Position numbers and translations under genes: made by a program. From the NCBI GenBank assembly GCA_002404835.1, contig DHKM01000002.1, positions 27,866 to 91,865 of the forward strand: 64,000 bases of DNA. Reading direction: 5' to 3'. Source of the DNA: Bacillales bacterium UBA4694. GTDB taxonomy: Bacteria; Bacillota_I; Bacilli_A; RFN20; CAG-288. How positions within the stretch are numbered: the stretch's first letter is position 1; every line of letters begins with the position of its first letter. Below are positions 38,532 through 48,874 of this stretch, in pieces. The notes below the pieces were generated by a model, which saw only the letters and a list, made by a program, of their open reading frames with translations, did not search any database and had not been told where the DNA came from.

Positions 38532-39363
38532 GAAAAAATTCCTGTCCGTTATTCCGATTTATCTGAATATGATGACAGCCCTGATTTCAGTTATCGTTCT
38601 ATTTTCCGTCTTTCTTTATTATTTTCAGCAGATGCGGATTAAGGAAAACCCAAAATATAGTCTACCAGCACCTCTTCGAATAACGGCTCTGGTATTTTCT
38701 GTGATTCTTTTTTTGTCTTTGCTCGGACTTCTTTTGTTCTCTCTTCTCCATTTCTCTGAGATGAAGAAAAGAAGAGAAAAAATCGAAAAAGAGAACAAAG
38801 AAGAAATCGAGGACATGAAAAAGGACCTTGCTTCTGAAATCCACTTGACGAAAATAGGAAGTGGCGCAAATTACACACTGAAGCAGAAAACGAATTTTTC
38901 CGATATCCAGAAAGCGATGTCTTTATTATATTCCCCTTTTATGGTCTTGATCGTTTTGTGCACTGTGTTAGTATTTGTCGTGGTTTTCTCCGTCAGTTTT
39001 TTGATTGGCAATCCTATGCTGATGCTTGTCTTTGCTATTTATTTGCTTGTTCCTCTTCTTGGTTTTATGACATTCCATTATCTGATACCGAAGCATGAAA
39101 TGAAAAAAGAATCAGGTGAGAAAGAATATACATTTTTGGATGATCGACTCTGCATCCAGGATAATCAAAGCAATAAGGAACAGCTTTTTTATCGGGAAAT
39201 CGAAAAATCAAAGAAATTCAAAGACGGAATCTGTTTGGTTTATCAAAATTCCCTTGGAAAGAAATCGGGAATCTTTATTCAGATTGATGCCAAGAATAAT
39301 CCAAATCTGTTTGAGTTTTTGTCTTTAAAGATTCTTCATCGGGAAGGTTTAACGGATTTATAA
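38518..39363 (+). CDS. Membrane protein, function unknown (two TM pairs plus a C-terminal PH-like/YcxB-like region)
   Basis: Overlaps rdgB by 14 nt and precedes pth. No catalytic motif. Confidence 0.45.
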   Translation: MQSNKKKFLSVIPIYLNMMTALISVIVLFSVFLYYFQQMRIKENPKYSLPAPLRITALVFSVILFLSLLGLLLFSLLHFSEMKKRREKIEKENKEEIEDMKKDLASEIHLTKIGSGANYTLKQKTNFSDIQKAMSLLYSPFMVLIVLCTVLVFVVVFSVSFLIGNPMLMLVFAIYLLVPLLGFMTFHYLIPKHEMKKESGEKEYTFLDDRLCIQDNQSNKEQLFYREIEKSKKFKDGICLVYQNSLGKKSGIFIQIDAKNNPNLFEFLSLKILHREGLTDL

Positions 39364-39379
39364 GGAGAATATTGAATTT

Positions 39380-39940
39380 ATGAAAATCATTTTAGGAATA
39401 GGCAACTTCGGTGATTTATATGAAGACACCAGGCACAATTCCGGATTTCAGGCTGTTGATCTTCTAAGCGAAGATCTCGGAATAAAAGTCAATAAACATG
39501 ACTTCAAATCACTTGTAGGGAAAGGAAAAGCCTTTGATGACGACATCCTTCTGATGAAGCCTCTGACCTATGTCAATCTTAGCGGAGATGCTCTGATCCA
39601 GGCGAAGAATTTCTACAAAGTCGATATCTCGGACATATATGTTCTTGTCGATGATATGGATACAGAACCTGGACATATCAGACTGAAATTGAAAGGTTCT
39701 TCCGCCGGACACAATGGGTTGAAATCCATTATTGCCAATCTCAATACGGATCAGTTCAAGAGAATACGTATCGGAATCGGGAGACCGGGAGTTGGTTCCA
39801 CACCGGATTTTGTTCTTTCGGCACCAAAAGACAAAGAGGTTTATCAGGCTTGGAAAGACGGAATTTCCAAGGCGGCGGAAGCGATGGAATATACCCTTCG
39901 ATTCGGTTTCGAGAAGGCAATGAATCAATACAACAAATAA
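39380..39940 (+). CDS. pth: Peptidyl-tRNA hydrolase
   Basis: MKIILGIGNFGDLYEDTRHNSGF...GHNGLKSI. Confidence 0.9.
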   Translation: MKIILGIGNFGDLYEDTRHNSGFQAVDLLSEDLGIKVNKHDFKSLVGKGKAFDDDILLMKPLTYVNLSGDALIQAKNFYKVDISDIYVLVDDMDTEPGHIRLKLKGSSAGHNGLKSIIANLNTDQFKRIRIGIGRPGVGSTPDFVLSAPKDKEVYQAWKDGISKAAEAMEYTLRFGFEKAMNQYNK

Positions 39941-39941
39941 C

Positions 39942-42900
39942 ATGTCACAATTTGGAAAACGTTCTCTTTTTTCTTACCTACTGAATAATGTTCAGAAGGA
40001 AAACATCGATAACCGCAGAGATGTCAACGTCTCTTCTCCTGAGGCACTTGCAATCTTGACGGCCCTAAGTTTTGATGAAAAACCCAGGAAGATGTTTTTC
40101 CTTTTTCCGACCATTTATGAAGCTGAGGAATTCACCCAGATTCTAGGGGATTATCTCTCCTCCGATGATGTTTTCATGTTCCCTTATGATGAAATCCTGC
40201 GAAGCTCTGCAATCGGTGTCTCTCCGGAAATGGGACTTGAGCGTTGTAGTGCCATTGCTTCGATTATGGATCCAAGACCTTCGATTTTAGTCGCCCATGG
40301 TTCATCAGCTCTTCTTAGGCTTTGTCCGAAAAGCCGATACGAGAAAGGAATCAAGACGATCAAAAAGGGCGATATGCTTGATAAAGAATCTTTTATCAAG
40401 GAACTTTCGAACCTAGGATATTCTTCTATTGATCGAGTCACAAACCGGAATCAGATTGCTACCAGAGGTGAAATCCTCGATGTCTATGATTCGTATTATC
40501 CCGATCCGATCAGAATCCAGTTCTTCGGAGACGAAATCGATGACATCCGTTTCTTCAAGGTTCAGGAGGAACTCTCCTATCAGCATATCGATAAAATCAT
40601 TATTCATCCTGCCAGTCTTCTTCTTTTGACCGAAGAGGAAGTCAAGACCGGTTTTGAAAGAATGGACAAGGAGTGTCAAGAACTCCTTTTATCTACAAAG
40701 GACAGACGAACCGTCGATGAACTATCCAACCGTCTTCAAGATGTGAAGACTCAGGCGGTTACTTTGAATTTAAAGGATATTCAGCAAAGGTTTTATCCGA
40801 TTTTCAATTCTGATGACGATTCGATTCTGGATTATGTAGATGATTATGAAAAATTTCTCTATCATCCTCAGGAGACAAAATCCAGTATTCACGCTGTAAA
40901 AGCTAAGGAAAAAGATTATTTTTCTTCGGCTTATAAAGAAGCAATCTCATTGATAGAAGAAAAAGTATACAAAGAAGAAAAACTCGATTTTATTGATTAT
41001 TCTTCCGTTGTTTTCAATTCCGATGATGAAAACGCCTTTATCGTAAGAGATAATTCTTATAAAAGTATTTCCTATTCTCAGTCGAATCTGATGCTTGAAC
41101 AGTACCTTAAAGAAGGCTACAAAATCAGAATAGCTCTTCCTGAACCGAATCTGACTAATTATGTCAACTATCTTAACAGCGTCGGAATGAATCATACACT
41201 GTATCCAACTCATTCGGCCTTGATGCTCTATGAAGGAAGAATCACACATGGATTCGAGATTCCGAAAGAAAAACATGTTTATCTGAGTTCCAAGGAAATC
41301 TACGGCGTCTCTGATCAAAAATCGAGATTCTTATCTAGATATAAAGAAGCTAAGATCATCCGTCGCTATGAAGATCTTCAGATCGGGGATTATGTCGTTC
41401 ACGAAATCCATGGTGTTGGAAAATATCTCGGTGTCGAAACAATCGATGGTTTGGAATATCTGAAAATCGAATACGCAGATAAGGCTGTCTTCTATCTCCC
41501 ACTAAATCAGTATCGTATGATACGGAAGTATTCGGCAAGGGATGGATATGCTCCCTCTTTGGACAAACTCGGTGGAAGCACATGGTCCAGAAAGAAATCC
41601 AGAATCCGCTCACGCATGGCTTTTTTGGCAGATCAGCTTCTCTCCATCTATGCGGAACGGAAGACAAGGCCCGGATTTGCTTTCCTGAAGGAACCAGAGA
41701 TGGAGTTCGATTTCCGGAAGACCTTCCCATATCCGTATACGGCATGCCAGCTGAAAGTCATCCAGGAAGTATTCGATGATATGGAAAAACCGAATCCGAT
41801 GGACAGACTTATCGCAGGAGATGTCGGATTCGGAAAGACGGAAATTGCTTTCAATGCTGCCTTCAAAGCCATTCTCAGCCACAAACAGGTCGCATTCCTC
41901 TGTCCGACTACGATTCTTTGTATGCAACATTATAAGAATGCTATGGCTCGTTTTGCTCCATACGGAGTGAGAATCTGCGCTTTCAACCGCTTTGTATCCA
42001 AAAAGGAGCAGGATAAGAACATCCAGCTGATCAAAGAAGGAAAAATGGATCTTGTCATCGGAACCCATAGGCTTCTGAGCGATGATATTGTCTTCAAGGA
42101 TCTTGGACTTTATATTGTAGACGAGGAACAGAAATTTGGCGTTACGCATAAAGAAAAAATCAAGGAGAAGGTGAAAAATGTCGATTCACTGACTCTGACT
42201 GCGACCCCGATTCCACGTACACTTCAGATGTCTCTTCTGAATGTCCGTTCATTGTCTCTTCTAGACGAAGCGCCGATCAATAGGATGCCGGTAAAGACGT
42301 ATGTCCTTAAATACGATAAGGAAGTCGTATACGAAGTCATCCAAAAAGAACTGGATCGTAAAGGACAGGTCTATTATCTTCATAACGACATAAAGTCTAT
42401 CTTTACTCTTGCCAGTTCCATTCAGAAGAAGTTTCCGGATTACAAAGTCTCGGTCGTGCATGCCCAAATGGGCGAGGATGAAATCGAGAAAGTCATGGAT
42501 GACTTCTATGACAGCAAATCCGATATCCTTGTCTGCACTTCCATCATCGAATCCGGTCTGGATATTCCTAACGTCAATACTATCCTGGTCGACAATGCGG
42601 ATCATTTCGGCCTTTCACAGCTCTATCAGATCAAGGGACGTGTTGGCAGAAGCGATAGACTTGCTTATGCTTATTTCTTTTTCCGCGATGACAACAAGCT
42701 GACGGATACGGCAAGGCTGAGACTCAAAGCCTTGAAGAACTTCACGGAACTTGGTTCCGGATACAAGATTGCCATGCAAGACCTAAATATCAGAGGAGCA
42801 GGAGATATTCTAGGAAGTGAGCAGGCAGGCTTTGTCGATTCTTTGGGATATGATGCCTACATCGATCTTCTAAATCAGGTTGTTAAAGAAAAATCCTTTG

Positions 42901-43379
42901 CCAATACTGCTGTCGATGATAAACCAAAGAATTTCTTCGAACTGTCGTTCTCCTTGGATGCTCATATTCCGGATGATTACGGGAATGAAAGTCAGAGAAT
43001 CTCGATGTATCGAGAACTGTCTGACTGCAATTCCTATAAAGACATCAATGAGTTTGGAAAGAAGTTGAACGATGTCTATGGACCTTATCCAAGTGAGGTA
43101 GGCAATCTGCTTCTAAAACGTGGAGTCGAGCTGAACCTGAATTCGGGAATTTTCGAAAGTTTCGAAGAAGGTCTGGGAATCTATATTCTCAAGACGACCA
43201 AGGCTTTTTCCATGAAGGAAGGAATCTATAAACAAATCCAGGAAATCATCCAACCGCTTACGGTTAAGATCAAAGTCAAAATCAGCGACAATAAGTTCGG
43301 CTTCTCATTGACTAAGACAAAAGACTATCTTCAGGACCTCCTTTATCTGACTCAAAGTTTAAGAAAACTAGCTGAATAG
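39942..43379 (+). CDS. mfd: Transcription-repair coupling factor
   Basis: Superfamily 2 (SF2) helicase motifs GDVGFGKTEIA, DEEQKFGV, TATPIPRTL. 1145 aa. Conserved pth-mfd linkage. Confidence 0.9.
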   Translation: MSQFGKRSLFSYLLNNVQKENIDNRRDVNVSSPEALAILTALSFDEKPRKMFFLFPTIYEAEEFTQILGDYLSSDDVFMFPYDEILRSSAIGVSPEMGLERCSAIASIMDPRPSILVAHGSSALLRLCPKSRYEKGIKTIKKGDMLDKESFIKELSNLGYSSIDRVTNRNQIATRGEILDVYDSYYPDPIRIQFFGDEIDDIRFFKVQEELSYQHIDKIIIHPASLLLLTEEEVKTGFERMDKECQELLLSTKDRRTVDELSNRLQDVKTQAVTLNLKDIQQRFYPIFNSDDDSILDYVDDYEKFLYHPQETKSSIHAVKAKEKDYFSSAYKEAISLIEEKVYKEEKLDFIDYSSVVFNSDDENAFIVRDNSYKSISYSQSNLMLEQYLKEGYKIRIALPEPNLTNYVNYLNSVGMNHTLYPTHSALMLYEGRITHGFEIPKEKHVYLSSKEIYGVSDQKSRFLSRYKEAKIIRRYEDLQIGDYVVHEIHGVGKYLGVETIDGLEYLKIEYADKAVFYLPLNQYRMIRKYSARDGYAPSLDKLGGSTWSRKKSRIRSRMAFLADQLLSIYAERKTRPGFAFLKEPEMEFDFRKTFPYPYTACQLKVIQEVFDDMEKPNPMDRLIAGDVGFGKTEIAFNAAFKAILSHKQVAFLCPTTILCMQHYKNAMARFAPYGVRICAFNRFVSKKEQDKNIQLIKEGKMDLVIGTHRLLSDDIVFKDLGLYIVDEEQKFGVTHKEKIKEKVKNVDSLTLTATPIPRTLQMSLLNVRSLSLLDEAPINRMPVKTYVLKYDKEVVYEVIQKELDRKGQVYYLHNDIKSIFTLASSIQKKFPDYKVSVVHAQMGEDEIEKVMDDFYDSKSDILVCTSIIESGLDIPNVNTILVDNADHFGLSQLYQIKGRVGRSDRLAYAYFFFRDDNKLTDTARLRLKALKNFTELGSGYKIAMQDLNIRGAGDILGSEQAGFVDSLGYDAYIDLLNQVVKEKSFANTAVDDKPKNFFELSFSLDAHIPDDYGNESQRISMYRELSDCNSYKDINEFGKKLNDVYGPYPSEVGNLLLKRGVELNLNSGIFESFEEGLGIYILKTTKAFSMKEGIYKQIQEIIQPLTVKIKVKISDNKFGFSLTKTKDYLQDLLYLTQSLRKLAE

Positions 43380-43382
43380 AAA

Positions 43383-43429
43383 AAGCCATTACTTTGTAGA
43401 GACTATCTACAAGGTAGTGGCTTGTTTTT
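43383..43429. terminator. Bidirectional terminator between mfd and the convergent giant lipoprotein gene
   Basis: Imperfect 18-bp stem AAGCCATTACTTTGTAGA/TCTACAAGGTAGTGGCTT, with an A-run upstream and a T-run downstream. Confidence 0.5.
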
Positions 43430-46400
43430 AGTTGTCATGATAGAAGAAGACGCTGGTTGGTCCGGAACCATAGCTACCGGTATTGGTGTAGGTGGGTCCG
43501 TTTTTCTTTTTTCCGTTGTCTTTGATTTTAGAACCATCCCCTGATAATAGGCTGTCGGCTTCAACAGACGTAATCAAGTAGGTCTCTAGATTCGGATTTT
43601 CAAAACCGCCGCAGGCTGTGACAAACTTATAGTAGCGTGACATCTTTCCGTTTTCACTGTACGGGCAGGTAGATCCATAATTCGGAAGAGTCAGTGTGAA
43701 CTGGTTTTCACTTGATTTCAGTTCAGCTTCAACAAGGCCTCCTGCAATCGTAATTTTGGCTCCTATAGAAAGGAAATTGAGGATGTTTTCAGAACTATAT
43801 CCTAACGAGATTTCCTGGTTTCCACTGAACGTAATGACAGGAATGTTCAATATTGAACCTAAATCAAGGGAGAGGTTGAATTTTTTGCTTTGCTTGTCTT
43901 CTTGTGCGGATTTGATGACCTTGGAGAAGTCGTTGGATTTGATCAAGGTAGATGAGGAAGATGAGCTCTCGTCATCTTTGATATTACTTGCCAATGTATA
44001 ATTGAGAATAGACCCTGCATCAAGCGTGTAATTGAAAAGATAATAGATAAGATGAGTGGTTTTGGTGAAGTCTTCTGCTGTTGTATAGAAGTATTCGGAG
44101 GTGGTTGTATACTTCGTCTTAAATTTCCAATTCTCCCAAACGGTAGAAGTGCTTGTCTTGGTTTGACAGACGAAAATCTGATTTTCCTTGACAAAGTATT
44201 CCGTCATTCGATATCCGTCATCGCTCATGTTTTTTTCATGGTTGTTTATGGCAAGATAGGCATAGGCTTCATTGTTCTGAATGTATATCTTCGCCTTGGC
44301 ATAAGCGTCAACGTTGATCAAACTAGAAGAAATTTTCAATACTTTGAGATTCAGCTTTAACCGTCCTTCCATCTCCATATAATTGTGCGAAGTCGTTGTG
44401 ACAAGACAATTAAGCAATGTCTTGAATCCAGCTACATCAACGGTATACCCGGTATCTAGGTCCATACTTGGTTTTGGATTCTTATCGAAGGCGGTCAAGC
44501 TCAGTGATGCTTCGATCGTATATTTTCCGAGGGAAGCCGAAATGGTGGCCTTTTTGATTCCCGTTGAATCATAGTCGATTGTCAAGGTTTCGTCTTTGTC
44601 GTTCTCATAGGTGACTGTATCATCGAACAGTTTGCTGGAAGCGACAAGTACAATCTGACTGTCCGTCAGTTCGACTTTCTTCACATATTTGTATCTCAGA
44701 ATTCTTGATGGATCCTTGGATGCAATCATATCCATAAGAGGAAGTCCGGTCGTTCCGTTTTCGACATGACCGAGATAACGATAAAGAAGGTTGTTTTCGT
44801 CGATGGATTTGGCAATTTTCATGATCTCTTCTACATCGCTTTTCTCCATGGATATCTTCATGTTGTCGTTGTATTTGGCGATGAACTGTCCGTCCACGAG
44901 TTTTAGACTATCCTTATCGAAAACACCGTGATAATCGAATACGACTTTCTGATCGGCAGTCTTTGTGGAATCACCAAGATAAGGATGTGTGATTCCAAGA
45001 CCGCCATAGCAGACGGGGTTGTTACTATCTGTCATATCGACTGCGACAAAGCTTTTGTTTAAAGAACTATTTGTATCCCCATAGGTATCGTTGAAGTCTC
45101 CGATGGATACCTCCTGATCCAATCCGCTGTCGGTTTTGTATTTGACGGAAGCATTTGCTTCGATTCCGAACTTTTCGAATGTGGTAGGAAGCGAGTAGAA
45201 GACATCAACCAGCTGGGAAGCGTTGTTGATTACCGTATATTCGCTCTTCTGGATATCGTTAAGCAGATCTTCTTCGTAATCTTCAAAGGAGATGGTGGCA
45301 CTCAATGAGTCTGTTTCTTTGTCGATGAGGGAGTGAGCGAGGTTCAGTGTAATGGAGGAAATCTGATTCGTTGTGGTGTTGATAGAGAATACAATGTCGG
45401 AAAGTTTTCCTTCGTAGTCACTACCTTTTAGGAAATAATCAGGAGTGACTTTCAGAATGAGGTTGCTTGTATCCGTGTTGTCTTTGTCGATAAAAACAAA
45501 GCTTTCAAGGTCTTTTATCGATCCTTCCTTTAGGCTATCGGTGAAATTCTTGTAGTTTGAACTGCTTTTGATAGCGGAAAGAATGGAATTGGTTTCTTCA
45601 ATCGAATCGGAAGCGGAAGTTGTCTTTACTTTGGTGTTTTTGTCTATGACATCCTTGATCTTGGTGATTTCAGAATCCGGGAACTGATTCTTCAGAAGAT
45701 AAGTCCCATCATCATAGTTGTAGCCTAGATAAATGTTCTTGTCCTGATATCGGACCTCGATTTTGTTCTTCATCGTATCATCTCCGGTATCGATATCCAG
45801 GGCAATGGAATAATTTCCTTTGCTGAAATGGTCGATTCCGTCGGCCAGGGAAGAAAGATCGTTATCATCTTTGACCACTTTTGTCATATCAGCCTTGATT
45901 TTTCCATTCAGGGAATAGGCAACACCAGCTGAGGTATCCTTGTAGGTCAAAGCCAGATTGGCCTGCACCTTTTTGTTGTCGACAATGTCGACCAGGGTTT
46001 TGAAAATCGGAGTAATAGCTTCGTAGTTCTTATAGTTCTTTTCTTCTTCACTGACGTCTTTTCTTGTGACATTGCTGCTATCCTTGATACTTAAGGTACA
46101 GCTGAGTCTGTAGGAACCTATATTCAGATTTTCAAGGCGAATATCCTTTAAGCCTTTATCTTTTCCGCCTTCTATGATATCCAGTGCGACAAGGAAAGCA
46201 TCATCGTTAGCGGAAGAAAGGCCGAAGAACTTAGAGTAGAATTCGATTTCGAATCCTTGGTTGAAGGTATAGGTGAAGCTCTTGATCATGCCTTCGTATT
46301 TTGAATAATCACCGGCAACAAGACTATCGAAATCCGTCTGGGATAAGGTGATATTCAGAATATCCGTAATGTTCTTGATTAGGCTGTCTTTTCCGATGTC

Positions 46401-47579
46401 AGAGACATAAGTGAAGATATCCGCAAGAGTGGTTGTCATAACCTTTCCATGGAAGAGATTGTTCAGGGAAAGATAAAGTGTTTCGTCTTGGAAGTGGATG
46501 GATAAGTCATTGAGGATCTTTGTTCCGTTTACATGGCGTAGATTCAGTCGATAGTCTCCTTTGTCATAGTTGATGAAGGTATCGCTGGCAAAGGCTTCGA
46601 ATTCACCGACAACGGTTTGCTTCTTGCCGTTTTGGTCGTCCAAAGAAAGATTCAACCCGATATTTGCCTTTTTGTCGTTTCCCAGCTTTGTCAATGTCCG
46701 GAAAAGAGAAGAAGTGGATGCTGTCAGATCATCGAACTGGTTCTGATCTTTGCGGATATAGGATCCGGTGGAACGAAGTTCTAGGGAACTGTCAGCGCTG
46801 ATGGCTGTTTTCTTCTCGGTTGTGACATCGACCAAAGCGAAATCCTTTAAGGAGATACCTTTTAGGGAATAATTTTCATCCGCGAGAAGATTTAGCTTGA
46901 ATGAATTCAGTTTTGTGTTTTCGTCAATGGAAATTTCTGGTATGACGATATCAAGAGAATAACCGGAAACTCCATGTTCTACCTTGGAATTCAAAACCTG
47001 GGAATTTGAAATTATATCTTTGATTTTGCTGATGATTTTTCCAAAATCGATTTGATCCTGGCTATCATTTGTCAATGAGACATCAAAGCCTAAGGCATTG
47101 ATCAATTGCAGAATCTGATTCAGTGTTCTTGGGGTTGAAATGGAATAGGCATGAACTTTATAGACAAGATAGATATATCCGTCTTGTTCCAAGGAAAGGG
47201 AAAGGTTGTCGATAACGGCATTTTCATATTCCAATTTTAGAATACAAGAGAGATTGACATCCAATGAATTCAGCTTGGAAAAATCAATGATCAAGTCTGA
47301 AGCTGTGATTTTTATTGGTTTTCCGTTTGAAAGATCAATCTGAAAACTGAAATTGTCGAAGGCAAATTCTTTTGCCTTCGAGATATTGCTCATCACGTTA
47401 TTCAGGATATTGGACGAATCCTCTTCTTCGGAATTATCGATATCTGGGACAATGATATTGGGTTCGTCGATATTTCCTTGATTTTTGTTGCTGTTGGAAT
47501 ATCCAAAAGAGGAGCACGAGCTAAGGGCCATACTTAAAAACAAGGATAAAGAAATCAGTAATTGTTTGCTATGTTTCAT
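43428..47579 (-). CDS. Giant surface lipoprotein (about 1380 aa), paralog A of the divergent pair
   Basis: MKHSKQLLISLSLFLSMALSSCSS lipobox (the ORF call begins at a TTG at 47594; I chose the ATG at 47579). Ser/Asn/Asp-rich with a Gly-rich C-terminus (TGSYGSGPTS). Homologous blocks with 48871..53652 (PDID..SS..ILNN; SxPRTxxQIxxLIN; YSLPTTxxxxGIxANASxxxxT). Confidence 0.6.
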   Translation of the reverse strand: MKHSKQLLISLSLFLSMALSSCSSFGYSNSNKNQGNIDEPNIIVPDIDNSEEEDSSNILNNVMSNISKAKEFAFDNFSFQIDLSNGKPIKITASDLIIDFSKLNSLDVNLSCILKLEYENAVIDNLSLSLEQDGYIYLVYKVHAYSISTPRTLNQILQLINALGFDVSLTNDSQDQIDFGKIISKIKDIISNSQVLNSKVEHGVSGYSLDIVIPEISIDENTKLNSFKLNLLADENYSLKGISLKDFALVDVTTEKKTAISADSSLELRSTGSYIRKDQNQFDDLTASTSSLFRTLTKLGNDKKANIGLNLSLDDQNGKKQTVVGEFEAFASDTFINYDKGDYRLNLRHVNGTKILNDLSIHFQDETLYLSLNNLFHGKVMTTTLADIFTYVSDIGKDSLIKNITDILNITLSQTDFDSLVAGDYSKYEGMIKSFTYTFNQGFEIEFYSKFFGLSSANDDAFLVALDIIEGGKDKGLKDIRLENLNIGSYRLSCTLSIKDSSNVTRKDVSEEEKNYKNYEAITPIFKTLVDIVDNKKVQANLALTYKDTSAGVAYSLNGKIKADMTKVVKDDNDLSSLADGIDHFSKGNYSIALDIDTGDDTMKNKIEVRYQDKNIYLGYNYDDGTYLLKNQFPDSEITKIKDVIDKNTKVKTTSASDSIEETNSILSAIKSSSNYKNFTDSLKEGSIKDLESFVFIDKDNTDTSNLILKVTPDYFLKGSDYEGKLSDIVFSINTTTNQISSITLNLAHSLIDKETDSLSATISFEDYEEDLLNDIQKSEYTVINNASQLVDVFYSLPTTFEKFGIEANASVKYKTDSGLDQEVSIGDFNDTYGDTNSSLNKSFVAVDMTDSNNPVCYGGLGITHPYLGDSTKTADQKVVFDYHGVFDKDSLKLVDGQFIAKYNDNMKISMEKSDVEEIMKIAKSIDENNLLYRYLGHVENGTTGLPLMDMIASKDPSRILRYKYVKKVELTDSQIVLVASSKLFDDTVTYENDKDETLTIDYDSTGIKKATISASLGKYTIEASLSLTAFDKNPKPSMDLDTGYTVDVAGFKTLLNCLVTTTSHNYMEMEGRLKLNLKVLKISSSLINVDAYAKAKIYIQNNEAYAYLAINNHEKNMSDDGYRMTEYFVKENQIFVCQTKTSTSTVWENWKFKTKYTTTSEYFYTTAEDFTKTTHLIYYLFNYTLDAGSILNYTLASNIKDDESSSSSSTLIKSNDFSKVIKSAQEDKQSKKFNLSLDLGSILNIPVITFSGNQEISLGYSSENILNFLSIGAKITIAGGLVEAELKSSENQFTLTLPNYGSTCPYSENGKMSRYYKFVTACGGFENPNLETYLITSVEADSLLSGDGSKIKDNGKKKNGPTYTNTGSYGSGPTSVFFYHDN

Positions 47580-47752
47580 TTTTGATTTTATCAATATTAT
47601 AGTTTATCGGAAAAAGATAACGTATCCAATGTTATTTGGCCTAATGATACATTCCAATAATGGTTTTACATGAAAACTATTTTCGGGACTATATTATTTA
47701 CTTCCGAAACATTGTTATTTTTTCTTTTCGCGCGTTTAAATATTATGGCAAT

Positions 47753-48874
47753 ATGAAAAACGAAAACGATAATTTAGAGAACTCTCCTTCTTTTGAGATT
47801 GTTAAAATGGAAGAAGAGACCATACCAAAGAAACATAAAATCGACAAAGACAAGCTGAAATGGGGCCTTTGTATCGCGGTGGTCTGTGTATTCGCTGCAT
47901 TCTTCGGCACAAGTGGCGGATACTTCATTTATTCGACCTTGCATCCGACAAAGGACAATGTCAGTATCGGAACGGAAACAATCCTGAAGGATGAAGAAGT
48001 CCAGAAGGAAATAAAAAACGGGACTCTGACAAGCACCTACAAAGACAAGGCATACAAAGTCTTGAATTATTCTTTCTATAGACAGGCATCCTATCGGTAT
48101 TCCCTGACTATGACTACTGGAAAGACCCATGCCTTGATTGCAGACCAGAAAATCAAATCTGCAACCCTTGTTACTCCGGAATGCGATTATTTTGAAAATA
48201 TTTCGTCCGGCTTCACATCGACAGCCTATCGGTTCTACGATTACAAGAATGGAACCAATACGTTGGACAGCATGATGTGTTCTAAGGAAAAGGACTGGGA
48301 AACAAAGACACCGGATAAAATGTCTTATGACGATTATATCCAGAAATTCGGAAAGCTCTATAAAGGCCAGTATTATGTTACCTATGATACGACAGATACG
48401 ACCAAAGCGGTTCCGGATGTCTACCTTTCTCAGAATGAAGAGGATTATAAGAATGCGTTGAAATCCGGGAAAAACGTGGGGAATGTGACCGGTGTATCCA
48501 TCTATACTATGAACTCCAATACAGTGGAAAGCTCGACAATCGAAAAGACGGATACAGGATATCAGGTAAGTGTCAATTTCAATGTCAAGAATGGGGCCTG
48601 CTCCTACTTCAAAGTCCAGATGCATACAACAGGCGGGGTGGAAGTCAAATTCGTTTCTTCCACGATCACCTATGATTTAGATGAAGACCTGAATCTTATA
48701 CATGGGAAAACAATCGACAAATATACGACGATGGGTGTTACAGCAGATCAACAGTTGGATATTTATTATTATCACAACAATGTCGAATCATTATTCGGTG
48801 ATCAGATGATTACGGTACCTGAAAAAGATTCTTCGACGACGTTTAAAGGATATGACTTACTTCCTAAGGAGTGA
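47753..48874 (+). CDS. TM-anchored (type II) protein, translationally coupled to giant paralog B
   Basis: Cytoplasmic tail, then the TM helix WGLCIAVVCVFAAFFGTSGGYFIY, then a roughly 300-aa ectodomain. Its stop overlaps the start of the next gene (ATGA at 48871). Confidence 0.5.
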   Translation: MKNENDNLENSPSFEIVKMEEETIPKKHKIDKDKLKWGLCIAVVCVFAAFFGTSGGYFIYSTLHPTKDNVSIGTETILKDEEVQKEIKNGTLTSTYKDKAYKVLNYSFYRQASYRYSLTMTTGKTHALIADQKIKSATLVTPECDYFENISSGFTSTAYRFYDYKNGTNTLDSMMCSKEKDWETKTPDKMSYDDYIQKFGKLYKGQYYVTYDTTDTTKAVPDVYLSQNEEDYKNALKSGKNVGNVTGVSIYTMNSNTVESSTIEKTDTGYQVSVNFNVKNGACSYFKVQMHTTGGVEVKFVSSTITYDLDEDLNLIHGKTIDKYTTMGVTADQQLDIYYYHNNVESLFGDQMITVPEKDSSTTFKGYDLLPKE